Source: the human T2T-CHM13v2.0 reference genome, Homo sapiens. Taken from it: a stretch of DNA of 64,000 nucleotides. The notes beneath the pieces were generated by a model. That model did no database searches. It had not been told where the DNA came from and worked only from the letters and a program-made list of their open reading frames with translations. This document shows positions 1-14,295 of the stretch, one piece after another (position 1 is the stretch's first letter; each line of letters opens with the position of its first letter). Both the position numbers and the translations under genes were made by a program. The DNA is taken from assembly GCF_009914755.1 (NCBI RefSeq), contig NC_060930.1. The stretch is one strand, 5' to 3'.

Positions 1-124
1 GGTTACCCAACTCTCTTTATTTGAAGTATGTAATTCAATTCCACTACTATTTTTATAGTAATTTTTAGTTATATAAAAATATTACGTATTAGCACATTTG
101 GTGCCCCTCTCCCCTCACTGGCAA

Positions 125-238
125 ACACCTTTTGTGGGAAGAAGGATTTTGTCTCCATTGTGCATGCTCCATCCCCAGGGCCCAGACAATGCCTGGCACT
201 TAGTAGGCGCTCAGTAAATAGTTGTTGAATGAATGAAT
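125..238 (+). mobile_element. L2 LINE 3' end fragment
   Basis: Typical L2 terminus ...tgcctggcacttagtaggcgctcagtaaatagttgttgaatgaatgaat. Confidence 0.75.
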
Positions 239-328
239 ACAGTATAAAACAACATTGTCCTGTAATTTATAATGTCTGTGGGTCAATAGTTAAGGTTGGG
301 ATTTAGGAGCTCCTCATTATTCTGTTTT

Positions 329-560
329 GACAGACTTACTACAAAATGTCTTTTCAAAGTCACCAAAGCTCACCATGCTGCAATTTGTTAGAGGGTTAAT
401 TTTTAAAATTATAATGGTGCTTGGTAAATCTCCTTGAATTAATGAGTCTTGCAGAATTATGGCTGATGTGAAAAGGTATATAGTTAGCATCTGTTTGTTC
501 TGTGCATATATCTCTCTTCCATGCTGTACATATATTTTAAGGAACATTTCTTTGGGTGCT
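329..560 (+). repeat. Source arm of a 232-bp inverted duplication (copy at 1586-1817)
   Basis: Reverse complement aligns without gaps to 1586-1817; 7 mismatches in 232 by hand count. Confidence 0.97.
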
Positions 561-849
561 GTGTTTTTTTCTATTTATGTCTTCACCATAAAAATATAAA
601 TAGATCATTTATCTCCGGTATCCTTAAAGTAGCTTGCATCACTTCACTCTTTTAAACTTTTACATAACCAAAGTTTCTGTCCCCAGTACACATTGTTTGG
701 AAGATTTGAGTGGTTGGGGGCAACCCTGGAACCCTGAGGCAAGCTTCTGGTGACCCTTGAGGTTTACATGCAGGGCCAGGAGCTGAGGGTGCAGGCTGCT
801 GGGGGCTTCATTCCCAGGAACACCGTGAAGGATACTGTGGTGTTCGCCC

Positions 850-1085
850 TACCTGGCACCAGACCAGATATTATACTTAATGCTTAATATACGATATCTC
901 ATTTAAACTGATGGCAACTCAATAAAGTGAATACTGCAGCTATTACCATTTTATAGATGAGAAAACCAAGGCTTAGAGAACTGAGTAACTTGTCCTCAGT
1001 CCACACAAGTAGGTAAGTGGCAAAGCTGGGATTGAACCCCCAGTCCATGTGATTCTAGAGCCCGTACTCTTATCCGCTAGGCTGT
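850..1085 (-). mobile_element. MIR SINE
   Basis: Reverse MIR core: ccattttatagatgagaaaaccaaggcttagaga...taagtggcaaagctgggattgaaccc. Confidence 0.8.
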
Positions 1086-1550
1086 GTAGGATAGACTGAT
1101 GGGGACCCACAGGCCAAGTTTGGCAGATGTGGTCTAGGGTTGCTCATGAGTTGAAAGCAGTAATTGTTGGTGAGTGAGGCCTAAAAATATCCTTCTCATT
1201 GCCTTTTTGATAAAAAGACCCCAGACTTTTTCTGAGAAGGGGCTTCTTAGATTTCCTACAGGTACTTTGATCATTGGGAAAGGTTCAGGTGACAATCGTA
1301 TTATAGGGCAAGCAAGGGAAAGGGCCCCACTGCCGGACCCATTTTCTTTCCTGTTAGGAAACCTTTCTAACTAAGGTCAGAGGACCGAGCCTGGGGTTTT
1401 AAAAGAATTCACGGAGCAAAAGTGCAGGGGCATTCAGGAGGGGGACATGGAATGTGGCACGGTACCAGCAGTAGGCCGAGAGATGTCACCTGAATCTTCA
1501 AGGTCTAATGGTAGTTATCCTGGTACCGATGTCAAAGTGGGCCACATTTC

Positions 1551-2171
<621 letters not shown>

Positions 2172-2283
2172 TGACCTGATCCTGAGTTCACTTTCTGATT
2201 CTTACTGGTTTTGCGAGCTTCCACCAATTATTCACCCTCTCGTGGTACCTCAGCTACTGTACCAGTAAGATGTAGGGTTAATA

Positions 2284-3700
2284 GACTTTTGATTAAAGAT
2301 GGCAGATTGAACATAAGCTTTAACCTCAGTTGCCTCTCAATACAGTAATAGTAAAGGGTTTGGTTTTTTCCCTCTCAGGTATAAAGTAATTAGAGACTAA
2401 GTGACGGGGAGAGGAGACATCAGCAACATAATTTTGGAAGCTGAAAAGCAGATGGAGAAGTGGAGCAGTTAGGTTTCAGTAGACCCAAGAAAGCTGAAAT
2501 CCAAGTTGGCAGGGGAACAATCAAGAAGCAATCCAGCTTGAACTACAAAACCCCCCAAAAGATTCAGGAGTTAGTAGTACAAGCTTCCTCTTGAAGTAGG
2601 GCTAACACAGGACTGTCGATTGAAAATGTGTTTGAGGAGCAGAACCCTCGATTTTCTCCTCACTGACGTGTAGCAAAAGGACCACTCTGCCAATCACCAA
2701 CAGGCCTTCATCTTGGTAGAAGTCTGGAGATTTATTCTCTGGAGATGATAAAAGCAAGGTGTTTCCACCAAAACGAGAAGTAAGCTAAGACAAGATCCAC
2801 GAAGTAAGAGTTGCAACAAAAAAAGCAAGGCAAGAACCATCCCAAAGCCTCAGCTGCGCGGTCATCATCAGAGGGGGATCTGTTCAGACTGGAGCAGAGC
2901 TGAAGGCTTCAGGGACACTTCAAGAGGATTAAGTAATTGCAAACCTAATAACAACCATTGCCTCTTCTATTTATTGAGTGTTCATTGTGTGTCAGACACA
3001 GTTCTAAGCATGTGTGTATTAACGATTAAATCCTGATAGTAGCCCTATTAGATGGTAGTCATTATCCTCCTTTTATCAGTGAGGGAATTGAGGCACTCAG
3101 TGCTTAATCATTAGTCTAAAATGGCATAGCTGGTTAGTGGCAAAACTGAGATTTGAACCCAGGCTGTCCACACTCATAGCCAGCATACCACGCCTCACCC
3201 CCTTGACAACAGGAGAAACCAAGCTGATGACAAGTTAACACAGCTGGGAAAGCTGGGGGAAACAGAACGTTGCACAGAGAAGAAGTCATCTTAGTTTACT
3301 GTGGAGCTCAGTAGTGACCTGAACAGGTAACAGTGTGAAAGGGGATCTGACAGGAGTCTCCGCATGCCCACATCAGGAAGATCCGGGAGGGGCACAGGCA
3401 TGGGCAGGAGATGTGAGGCATGAAGGAGCTAAGTGCTTCTCTTCGGTGATACAGAGGCAATGCCTAAAACAAATAACAAACCAGAAGTAGCAAGAAAAAT
3501 AGCTTGTTTAAAGCTACAGAGAGACCCACCAAAGGAACCAACTAGAAGAGTTGAAAACAGGTCTCCTGTAGGTCGTCTGGGCAGACTGTGGCAGGATAGG
3601 GGATGGGGGCTGCTGTCTTTCAGGAAAAGTCCTGAGAATTATTTGACCCTTCGAATCTGTGCAAGTAGAACTTTGATAAAAATAAAAGCGAAACTTTAGA
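2284..3700 (+). mobile_element. HAL1-like (half-L1) relic, internally deleted and interrupted by a MIR
   Basis: 5' end gacttttgattaaagatggcagattgaaca...gagaggagacatcagcaacataattttggaagctgaaaagcagatgg and 3' end ...actttgataaaaataaaa resemble the HAL1 consensus ends as remembered. Confidence 0.55.
2965..3190 (-). mobile_element. MIR SINE
   Basis: tatttattgagtg...gagggaattgaggcac...gttagtggcaaaactgagatttgaacccagg. Confidence 0.75.
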
Positions 3701-4996
3701 AGGGAATAAATACCTGGTAGTACTGTCATGAAATAAATCTGTTTTATCTTCCTAGGAACTCGGTAAATGTTAGTTTTTCTCTTTCCTTTTTCTTTCAAAG
3801 GACAAGTTCCCATCCCAGGCAGAAATGAAGGCCCGGCGCGGCGCAGCCGCTGATGGCTCACCTCTCTCAGAATGGCCCGACTGCCCTTCAGGCCTTCATT
3901 TCTCGCTTGCCAACTTCCAGGGAAGGACAGAAAAGCAGGGGATTCTGTTGACAGAGACCTTTGATGAGCGCTTGTTACCGTCCGTGGCCTTGTGGGGTGC
4001 CTGGATTGAGGCCCAGCAAATGGCCAGATGTGGGGCATAGCTAATGTGGGTAGAGCACCTCCCGCGGCTGTGGGAAGGGACAGTGACAGTGTCTGACTGC
4101 TCCCGAGGCGCTAGCAAAGGTGCCCTCCTGGCTGCAGGTAATGGGGGAGCTGCCCCAGACAGTCTGTAAGGCAGTGATCGTGTCCACGATCCTAAGAGTT
4201 TCCTTTTAGCCACCTCCAACTAGGGCAAGAGGCCAGTATCTTGAAAGGCAGAGTTTGGGGCTTGTGTGTATGCAGGAGAGAGAGACAAAGTGTGTGTATT
4301 TATAAAGCATGCCATACGCCGTTTGTTCAGTGCAATATGCCACTTTATTTTTATCTCTTCTTACGTCAAAGATAGGGAAAGCCTATTAATCAGTAAATCT
4401 AATCATAAATATATGCATATATATCTACATTAATATCAAGTGTTTATATATTGATAAATTGATTTAAGAACGCTTTTCATTTCTGGCAGAACCTTAGACA
4501 TTAATGAACCTGAATTCTCTTACTGAAGTATCCTCTTATTATTTTATAGCAGTTCTTCCTACTACAGGGTAATTATGAACCTGATTTTAACAAAAAAGTA
4601 CACTGATCTACTGTAATCTGCTCAGTAATACAAGTGAGCTTTTCTATGCAAACCCTATTGCTCCAAAAAGAATTGAAGAAAAAATGTTTTACCAATTCAG
4701 ACCCACAAGTATTTATTGTGCACCTACTACATGGAAGGCGTTGGACCAGCTGCAGTGGGTATAATGATGAGTAAAGCAGGCTCAGCCCTTAGCTTTTTGC
4801 ATTTTATTTTGAAAAGGAAAATCCTAAGAACTAACTGACCACAATACAAGTCTGACGAGACTGGTGTATGAGAGGAACAAGCAGGCCCCTCCTGGGGGAT
4901 CGGAGGGGAAGACATCTCATTTCAGGGATCAGGAAGAGATAGACATGAGTTGAGGGATTTGCACTATTGGAATTATAAAATAACACATCCCCAACC

Positions 4997-5094
4997 TTCA
5001 TTCATTGATTCATTTACCCATTCAACAATTGTGAGTGCCTGTTACCTGTCGGATGCTCCTCTGGACCCTGGGGATGCACCAAAGCAAAGCTCAC
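4997..5094 (-). mobile_element. L2 3' fragment
   Basis: ttcattcattgattcatttacccattcaacaattgtgagtgcctg. Confidence 0.6.
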
Positions 5095-5186
5095 CTTCAT
5101 GGAGTGCAGGGAAGAGAATAGTGGAGAAGGGCAGGCTGCATCTTCGTGGAGTGCGGGGAAGAGGATAGTGGAGAAGGGCAGGCTGC
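5095..5186. repeat. 47-bp tandem duplication (~2 copies)
   Basis: cttc(a/g)tggagtgc(a/g)gggaagag(a/g)atagtggagaagggcaggctgc starting at 5095 and 5142. Confidence 0.95.
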
Positions 5187-6029
5187 CTTTCCCTGCTCTG
5201 ACTCTACCCTGGTTTCTGTGAACATTCAGAAGTTTCCTACGTAATGCTGGGCAGTCCTTGGCAGTCTTGGAGTTTGGCTGGCATGGGTGCTGTGTGTAAG
5301 TATAGTATCAGTGGCACCCTGGGTTCTCTGACAGCATCAGGACATCACTAGTAGAGTCAGCAGTGTTTCTCAGAAGCTTCTGCCCTGACCCTTTGACCAT
5401 GGAATCCCCAGTCACATTAGGGCCCTACGTCCACAGAGGAGCAGCAGGAGCAGAGACCTTCTGTGGAAACCACGGCTGCCCCATCCCAGCCGGGTCATAG
5501 GTCAGTGTGGTCTGCTTTAATGGGACATAACATCATTTCTGGACCACCCTACTTGCCACATCCATGGGTTTCCTCCTGGCAGACTGTGGGGTCGGATGCC
5601 TCTTCTCCAATTATCTCTGTTACAGTATTCACTGATAACCATCTTAGAGGGATTAAATCAGAACTTACAAATGTTTTCCTGCAGTTGATGTTTAAAATAT
5701 TTATTCCAAAAAAAACAAAGATGTTCTCAGCCTGATACATCCTTTGTGGATAATAGCTTGGACTGCATCAAGTGCCTCTGGGGTTAGGATACTGCCCTTC
5801 CCCTTAGGTTTAACTGAATGTTCAACAAGGATGAGTGTAACACCGAAAAGCATTAAGACTCGAAGACCTGCTACTCTTCAAGGGTGGATTCCAGGCCTTG
5901 GGAAGACTGTGTTAGGGGTATTTACATACTACCTGTGTATGTCGGGAGCCCCATACACCACTGCACCTGAGACCCCTCGGTGGGAGGTTTCAGTATCTAT
6001 CCTGTCAGGAAGTGGTTCTCTTTTAATTG

Positions 6030-6463
6030 CAGTTGACCCTTGAACAAGTTTGAACTTCACCGGCCCACTTATACGTGGATTTTCTTCCGCCTCTGCCACC
6101 CCTAAGACAGCAAGACCAACCTCTCCTCTTCCTCCTCCTCCTCCTTCTCAGCCTACTCAATGTGAAGATGACAAGGATGAAGACCTTTATGATAATCCAT
6201 TTCCACTTAGTTAATAGTAAATGTGTATTTTCTTATTTTCTTAGTAACATTTTCTTTTCTCTAGCTTACTTGATTGTAGCAGTATAGTATATGATACATA
6301 CGACATACAAAATATGTGTTAACCATTTGTGCTGTTGGCAAAGCTCTTGGTCAAAAGTAGGCTATGAGTAGTTAAGTTTCAGGGGAGTCAAAGGTTACAT
6401 GTGAATTTTTGACTGGGTGAGGGGTTGGTGGCCCCAACTCCCATCCTGTTCGAGGGTCCACCG
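6030..6463 (+). mobile_element. Tigger2a (TcMar-Tigger non-autonomous DNA transposon)
   Basis: Terminal inverted repeats cagttgacccttgaaca / tgttcgagggtccaccg followed by TA; internal cagcctactcaatgtgaagatgacaaggatgaagacctttatg; 434 bp. Confidence 0.88.
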
Positions 6464-6662
6464 TATATGCTTTTCTCTCCTTGAGAAAAAATTTCTAGCC
6501 AAATTTTGTCTTCCTTAAACTCTGTAGAGCTTGAGCTTCCAGCTTGTGGTCTGAGAAACCTCTCTTTCCTTGGTGTTTGAGCAGTAATCCTTTTTAGCAT
6601 GATTGATTTTTTTTTCATTCCTTTTTGTGTCCAGGATCCCACCTTTCACTGCACTGAGTAGC

Positions 6663-7105
6663 TGTACAAGTTTCACTGCCCTAACAAATTACCACAAACA
6701 TAGTGGCTTAAAACAACACACACTGATCATTTTACAGCTGCAGATCAGATGCCTGAAATCAGTTTCACTGGGCTGAAACGGACTTGTTGGCAGGGCTGGC
6801 ACCTTCTGGAGGCTCTAGGGGAAAATCCGTGGACTTGCCGTTTCCTGCATCTAGCGGTCCCTGCATCCTTTGGCTTGTGGCCCCTTCCTCACATCTCCTC
6901 CTCTGACTCTGGCCCTCCTGCCTCCCTCTTATAAGAATTCCTGTGATTATGTTGTGTCCACCCAGACAATACACATCTCCCCATTTCGTGATTCTTAACT
7001 TAGGCATGGTTGCACAGTCCTTTTTGCCATGTAAGGCAATATTTTCTCAGGTTCCAGAGAATTGGAGGTAGGTGTCTTTGGAGGATCATTCTTTTACCTA
7101 CCACA
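6663..7105 (-). mobile_element. MLT1D-like MaLR solo LTR
   Basis: taacaaattaccacaaac...ggcttaaaacaac, ttctggaggctctagggg and ...cctaccaca match the reverse MLT1C/D pattern. Confidence 0.85.
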
Positions 7106-7617
7106 GGTGCTAATTAAACATTTTTAAAACTCAGCTGGTTGTTTCCTTTCCCCATCTCTGTCTCTGAGTATTTATGGACCAGGTTTTCAAAACACATAAC
7201 TCACTTCCCTGTTATAAAGTAATAAATGTTAGAAAATTTCTCTCAGTTCTTTAAAACAGTTGGGAAATGATTAAATTGTCTTTGCAGTGATTGTGGCTTA
7301 TTACTCTGAAAACTGGACTTGAACTCCAGGTGTGTTGGGTATCATCCTAGGGAACCACTAACACTCTAGAAAAACCAGTATCGCCATTTTTCTTGGAAAC
7401 TCTCCTTTCATCTCCAAGTACAATGGAAGACAAGGAAGAGGACGGTCCCTGTGTTGTTGCTGTTGCCATCATCTTTGTTGTTGTGGATTCTTGCCTTCTT
7501 TATCCCCAACTCCAGAATTCCTATCTGTGCCAACCTGTCACTGGCTTTGCTGTGGAAGCCTTGACCTCCTCTCACACACATCAGCTGTAGCTGGCTCCAA
7601 TATGTCATCTGCCACAC

Positions 7618-7682
7618 GTAACCTAGAATTGGAAGGTAACCAAGAACTGGAAGTGTAACCAGGTAACCTAGAATTGGAAGTG
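7618..7682. repeat. Short tandem repeat, ~18-bp unit x3 plus a partial
   Basis: gtaacctagaattggaag / gtaaccaagaactggaag / gtaacctagaattggaag. Confidence 0.9.
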
Positions 7683-7835
7683 TTTGTAGAGGAGAGGAAA
7701 TAAGCTGAGTGAGTAATGTGCTTGAGCTCCAGGGTCCACTTCACTGTTACTTACCTTGTGATTCTTGCCACCCCCCAGAGCACCAGAGCAGTGACATTAA
7801 ACAAACTCTTGACTCTCAACCATGTTTCTCCTTAA

Positions 7836-8242
<407 letters not shown>

Positions 8243-9129
8243 TAACCATACCGTATATGTCTTAGTGCTCCAGTGAGTATCACTTGAGTGGCTTTTGATC
8301 TGTATTTGACAGATACTTTAATAATGTTATACAGATATTTTACAGATACTAAAATATTTTATATTTTACATATCCTTATGTAATGCATATATGTATATAC
8401 ATTGTGTATATATACATATGTATCACAATATGTGAAAATATATATAAAGGCCTTGTGAATTCTTTTCAACTATTATCTCTTTATCCCCTTTTTGTGGGAT
8501 GTGTATTTAGAAAAAATAATAATAGAAAGTACCCTTTATTATTGTTCAGCTTCCACCCCCCTCACAGTTCAGAAGACTGATCCTTGTATCTTTCAAGCTG
8601 GAAGCCTTTATCTAAACGAGGGCCTGTGAGTTTAAATTTCTCTGGACAAACCCAGATGAAAGATGGCTTGTTGAAATGAAGGCATCTCTTCCACTGTGCT
8701 GCACTGATTAGATTGACCAATCAAGCTTAGAATAGGAAATGGCATGGAAGATCAGATGCGGGAAATCATTGAAATATTTGCCCTCCTGTTACAGGATCAC
8801 TGAAGTCCACTTATTATGAGACCCAGAGGTTTCCCCTCTGAAGATGCGGGAAGGCAGTGACTATGAAACTGGTCCTGGAAGTCTGTTGTTCTGGCATCCT
8901 CTGCCCTGGCTAAATGAGGTTCTGGCTTCAGAGGGGTCTTGGTTTATAAGTGCTCCAGGGAGATGTATATGCATTTAGCTACACAAAACCTGGGCTGCAT
9001 TAACGGTTCTTAAAAGCAGAGAATATGAAAGGGAGGACAGAGGCATTTTCAAAAATTGATGTTCAATTTTATAACTCTCAGTTTCCAGTAAAACTTTCCG
9101 TTATGGTCAGTAGTTTATAAAGGAGCAGT

Positions 9130-9660
<531 letters not shown>

Positions 9661-10504
9661 TATTGTTATTACTTAGCAGAGATTGGAAGCATTAACACAT
9701 AATCTTTCCAAGACTTTTTATCTCCAGTAACTAAACTCCAAAAACATATGGGTACTTCAAGGGGGTGACCACTGAGCTATTCAAATGTACCCTTCTATTC
9801 CCAAGAGTACACCAGTGTGCACTCTAATATACACAAGAATACCCTAACTACATAAACTACATTACATGTCTACTCATACATTGCCTCTTTAAGAAATGTA
9901 TATGGCACAGCATTTTATTGTCATAGCCATGATGGCATTTATGTTTTATAAACTGGAGGGAAGTTATAAGAATTTTTCATCAAAGAACTAATCTTTTCTA
10001 GAATTAGATAGATGGTTAGCAAAATGTATGACTGGATTTCTGTCATAGAAATTTTCAAGGAGATGAATTCTAGGAGAAATTAAGCATCTTCCCCCCACCC
10101 CAATAACACAAGTTATTGGATAATTTTAAATTTGTGTCAAATGGCTTAATATCCTTTCCACAGACCCTGAAAATACAAACATTTGATATGTGCTCGTATC
10201 CAATTTCAAGTTCTGCTTATATTTTATTTGAATTACTGTCTCCTTAGCTGCCAGGCGCCCCAACACGAATGTTGGCCCCTGCGTTTTACAATTGTTCCTG
10301 ATAGTGCTTTGTTATGTATTGGGAGACTTTGATGCCCAGTGCCCGCGTTGGACTACAGTTGTTCCTTTACCATTCTTAGCAGTACCTCATATGACTTGCG
10401 GTATGGAAGGCTTTTCAAAGTCATATGTGTCCCACTGGGATTAGTGCAACTGCTTAAGCCCTGGCTGTCCCCATCTTTTCTCTGCTTGTTCACATGGTTA
10501 ATTA

Positions 10505-10640
10505 TGGATTCATCAAATGTTAGAGCTGGGAAAAAGATCTTGGAGATCATCTGGTGCTATTGTCTCATTTTCAGTCCAGAGAAACAACGCTTTTCCAGCC
10601 AAGTGTAACCCCAGTCGTTAGTGCAAGGGCTTAGTCTAGA
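10505..10640 (-). mobile_element. MIR3/MIR fragment
   Basis: aatgttagagctggg...cttggagatcatctgg...ctcattttcag. Confidence 0.5.
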
Positions 10641-10911
10641 CTTTGATTCGTTCTGTAACTACATTAAGGGGGATGAGAAGAGAGCTCACGTTCACTCTGC
10701 ACAAGGACAAATAAAAAAAGGCCCTGCCATCCCTTGAGGAACTCACAGTACAGCGAAGTGACAGTCCGGTGAGCAGATAATTATCTTTAATTCTTAGCCC
10801 ATTGCTTGCTCCCCTGTACTGGTATGCCTTTGGTATATACTGTTTCAGCTTCTTATCCATCCACATGGTTGTAAAGTGGGGAGCTTTTGTTTTTGATGCC
10901 TGTCTCTCCAT

Positions 10912-11135
10912 GTATCCATTCATTTATTTTTCTATCTATAAGTCATTCATCAAAAACCACTTAGGAATGCCTGAGCTATGCTGCACAACAGAGTCACTTA
11001 AATGCTACATACCAGTGGAGAAAAATCATGGTTCTTGCCTTCCAGTAATTTATAGTCTAGTTGAAGGATACAAGCATATAAAGAACAAGGTACAAACATG
11101 TGTTAAAGGAACTGTAATATAAACATGACAAGGTA
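10912..11135 (-). mobile_element. L2 fragment
   Basis: ccattcatttat...cattcatcaaaaac...catggttcttgccttccagtaatttatagtctagt. Confidence 0.5.
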
Positions 11136-11454
11136 CATGGCAGACACAGTTTCATCCTGCCTAAATCCTCCTGAGTTGTTCATAGGTATTTCATGTGTTA
11201 GTTATTCGAAGGAACTTTACAATGCACCTCCTTCTTTGGGGCATTTACATTTTAAAGTAGGTTGGGAAACCCGCTTTACTACCTTCCTCTCCCTTCCCTC
11301 TTTTACTTTCTTTCTTAAGTTCGAGACTGTGTCCCACCTGTGTTATTGCTTAGAGGAGGTGGGCCTAGCCTTGTGCTCCATGATGGAGTTCAAAGAGAAT
11401 GCCATCCACCAATCTTGCACTCTCTGGCTCACAATCTGCTTGTCCCCTTCGTTG

Positions 11455-13335
11455 ATTAGTTCTTTCTTTCATTCATACATTTGTTTATTCATATGAATGT
11501 CCACTGTTTACTAAGCCAGTAGTCACTGTGGAAAGCAAAGGCAGACGTGGCTGATGTTCTCAAAGAGCAATAGTCTAGACTAGAGGGGAAATTAACTTTC
11601 ATGGAATAATCACACATGTAGATGTGAGTGACAGCTGAAATAAGCATCTGCAACTTGATGCTTTAAGAGCAGTGAGCAGGCTGGGCGCCATGGCTCACAG
11701 GCCCGTAATTCCAATACTTTGGGAGACTGAGATTGGAGGATAACTTGGGCCCAGGAATTTGAGACCAGCCTGGGCAATATAGTGAGACACCCATCTCTAC
11801 AAAAAATTAAAAAATTGGCTGGGCATGATTGGTGCATGCCTTTAGTCCCAGCTACTTGGGAGGCTGAGGTGGGGGGATCCCCTGAGCCCAGGAGGTCAAG
11901 GACTGCAGTGAGGCATAATCACACCACTGCACTCTGGCCCAGACAATAGAGTGAGACCCTGTCTCAGAAAAAAAAAAAAAAAAAAAGTAACAGTGAGCAG
12001 TGGAGTCAAGGTTGAGTGTGAGGCCAGGGAGAGAAGAGCATTATTCAAAGCCAAGGAGCTGCCTAAGCAAAGCTCCCTGGCAGGAAAAGAAATCTATGGA
12101 TCAGAGCTCTGGAAAGAAGGCCAGTGTGGCTGGAAAAGTGGGGGACATGGTGTTGAGGCTGAAACGGGGCTGAGGCCAGACCACACTGGGCCTCTTTGAC
12201 CATGTAGGGATCTCTCACTTTACCAAGAGCAATAGAAGCCCCTGGAATGTTTTAAGCAAGGAATGTCACACGATCAGATTTGGTTTTCAAAAACATGACT
12301 CTGGCTGCTTTGTGGAGGGGGACTGAAAGGGAAGAGTGTGGCTGCAGAACCAGCGGGAGGCTACAGCACAGCTACACAAGCAACAAGTTGTTCCAACTGA
12401 GGTTGTGGCGAGGGGATAGAGATAACTCAGCAGATCCCAAAATAAATAAAACCCAAAATTTCTACAGCTTGCTACTTAGTTGAACATGAGGGAAGAGGGA
12501 TGATGCTGATTATGGAACCAGATGGATGATGCTGCCATTGTTGTTAAGGACACAACTGGTTGAGATTTAGGTTTGAACACGTTTGCCTTGAGGTTTACTG
12601 GAGGCACTGAAGTAAACGTGTTGCACAGATAGTTTGAAACAGTCTGGAGCTTACAGGAAACACAGAGACTGGCATATAAATGTGTGAGTGATCTTCATTG
12701 AGAATGTATTTGAAACTGAAGTATGGAGAAGGTGGACTAGGAAGCATGGAGTGAGAAGAGCAAGGGGCTTTGCATGAATCTTATGGAACTAGGGCCCTTG
12801 GTGGCCAGATAGAGGAGAGCAAATCTGCCTGGAACGTGGGGGAGCCAGGAGTGAGGAAGAGCCAGGGTGTGTGAGTGCTGGAAGCCAGGGTAGTAGGTTT
12901 CAAGATGGCAGGAGTAGCCAACATCACTGAAGAGCCAATGACATGATCAACAAAAAGCCATTGCATTTAGCAATAGGGGTCACTGGTGACTGTGGGGAGA
13001 AATGATCACTCAGGGGGCCAGAAGCAAGATTAGATAGAGTGGGTTGAAAATGAAGTGGGAGGAGAAGAAATGGAGACAGTAAGTAGACAACTGAAGAAAA
13101 GAAGAGAGACAAGGCCATGCTTGGAAAGGTTGTGTGCAGTAAGAGAAGTTTTGTAAAAGTGTAATAAACTTCAGAGTGTGTAAAAGTCAGGAGAAGGATC
13201 CAGTAGAGTAGGAGAGGTAACTATATAAGAGAGAGAGACAGAGGAGAGATGTTACAGTGTTCCTCAGAAGGTAAGACATCATGGGACCCCACACTTGAAG
13301 AGGGTGAGCAGGGTTGACCTTAGACTGGACAAAAG
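11455..13335 (-). mobile_element. L2 LINE fragment interrupted by an AluJ
   Basis: gaaggccagtgtggctgg; ttttaagcaagga...gatcagatttggttttc...actctggctgct; tttagcaataggggtcactggtgac. Confidence 0.75.
11679..11986 (+). mobile_element. AluJ
   Basis: ggctgggcg...gcccaggaatttgagacc...cctgagcccaggaggtcaagg; poly(A); TSD core cagtgagca. Confidence 0.93.
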
Positions 13336-14049
13336 GGTATTTTACATTGAATGAAAAAGAAAAGGAAAAATATTTTCTCTTGTTTTGCTTAGATTTCATC
13401 TTGGGCTTATATTTGACATGGAACTAGTCCACTGTAATTTTTATGGACTTTTTACCATGGGTTTTCCACCTAACGTATTTTTAAATTCAGAAAGTTGGGG
13501 TATTTTCATTCTTTTTTTCTTTGTCAGCTCTTTTATTACAAACTATTCTATTCATTTGTTATATTTTCCCATCCTTGCAGTGCATTGCAGACAATATTAT
13601 TATTACAGTTCTACATGCATGTTATTACTTTAGTTTTGCAGGGACTTCCCCATGAATAGCAGAATGTAATTTATGAAATCCGACCATCATTCTCAAGGCA
13701 CCTCTGTGCTATATGTTAAACTCACTAAAACAGCAATGTGGAAATAGTCACCCACACTGCTGACTTCCAGAGCATCAGTCACGTTGCCGCTTGCATTTGG
13801 AAGGAGCCTCCCCTGATCCTTCTCTGGATGAAGCCCTGGAGGGAGGCATTACCTACCCAGGCCACTCCTCTTGCTGGCTTCACCGTTTGAACTAACTCAG
13901 GGACGGGTGTCTCTAGATCCATCCAAATGTGTATAAAGAGATGAACTTCTACTTTCAGTTAATTATCAAAACTATAATTATCTTAGAAAGTTATGCAAAT
14001 TAGTCAAGTGTTAAGCCCTTCATCGAGAAGCTAGCAAAGTAGAATTGGT

Positions 14050-14295
14050 GTGTGCGGTGGTCAAGAGGGAAGATTCTCAGATCAGATCCCCGGGTTTGAA
14101 CGCTGGTCCTGCTACTTGCTGGCCGTGTGTGACCATGGCAGGTTACAATTTCTTTGTGCCCCAGTTTACTTCACTATAAAGCAGACATAATACTCCCAAG
14201 CTCATATGATCATTGTAAGGATTAAATTAGTTTGCATAAAGCTCTTGGAACAATGCCTGATGCATAGTAAGTACTTAATAAATTCTATGATAGCA
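14050..14295 (+). mobile_element. MIR SINE
   Basis: gtggtcaagag...gggtttgaac...tgtgtgacc...ttgtaaggattaaa...aacaatgcctgatgcatagtaagtacttaataaat. Confidence 0.8.

Noticed and set aside
8568-8625. Possible 58-nt exon ctcacag|...GGCCT|gtgagt
   Set aside because: Not frame-preserving and signals are moderate; expected by chance in 64 kb.
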